A stretch of DNA of 37,457 nucleotides from a virus, in IMG/VR virus record IMGVR_UViG_3300037485_000776, positions 1 to 37,457 of that record; one strand, written 5' to 3'. Within the stretch, counting starts at the first letter, position 1; every line of letters starts with the position of its first letter. Of this stretch, positions 37,437 to 37,457 are shown in pieces. A program made the position numbers and the translations under genes. The notes below the pieces were generated by a model. The model saw only the letters and a program-made list of their open reading frames with translations. It did no database searches and was not told the origin of the DNA.

Positions 37437-37457
37437 TTTTTGCCCCTGTTCAAAATT
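37331..37457. repeat. Terminal direct repeat copy 2, identical to 1..127.
   Basis: Same 127-nt string as the window start. The unique genome length is therefore 37,330 bp. Confidence 0.9.

Overview
The window is a complete, circularly closed dsDNA phage genome. Bases 1-127 are identical to 37331-37457, so the unique length is 37,330 bp, and a gene pair is joined across the junction by an ATGA stop/start overlap. Every credible gene is on the minus strand, and most neighbours are linked by ATGA, TGATG or TAATG overlaps.

In transcription order:
- An early promoter at about 31629-31656 drives about 50 small early genes (31605 down to 17031). Recognisable ones are ERF and NinB recombination proteins, a YbcO/DUF1364 protein, a RuvC-like resolvase, a DUF1376 (YdaU-like) replication initiator with internal iterons, and a winged-helix protein. 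The rest are many small cassette-like ORFs, including a five-member WxPIxTAPKDG paralog family.
- A second promoter at 17028-17055 precedes the late module: TerS, TerL, portal, scaffold, major capsid, adaptor and tail-tube-like proteins, three large ejection-type proteins, tail fibre, and a lysis cassette. An intrinsic terminator at 31672-31698 closes the late module.
- I saw no integrase, CI-type repressor, DNA polymerase, primase or helicase.

The overall layout looks like a podovirus of a Gram-negative host; that host call is inference from a lipobox lipoprotein, a Rap1a/Tai4-like periplasmic protein and a spanin-like gene.

Main points of interest:
- A 480-nt ORF-poor, highly structured element (18631-19110) has two perfect 14-15 bp long-range helices and three paralogous hairpins with a conserved loop. 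A second structured gap (18272-18444) lies on the other side of a tiny 2-TM protein gene. I could not assign either to a known RNA family.
- Three compositional islands carry moron-like genes: an AT-rich GNAT inside the ejection-protein genes, a GC-rich lipoprotein gene, and a GC-rich RYRWLR-motif gene.
- A 33-bp perfect hairpin repeat brackets a 300-bp cassette.
- A virion-module protein carries an ART-like domain.
- The replication initiator has a pseudoknot-capable leader and an internal iteron array.

All family assignments come from motif recognition by eye. No searches were run.
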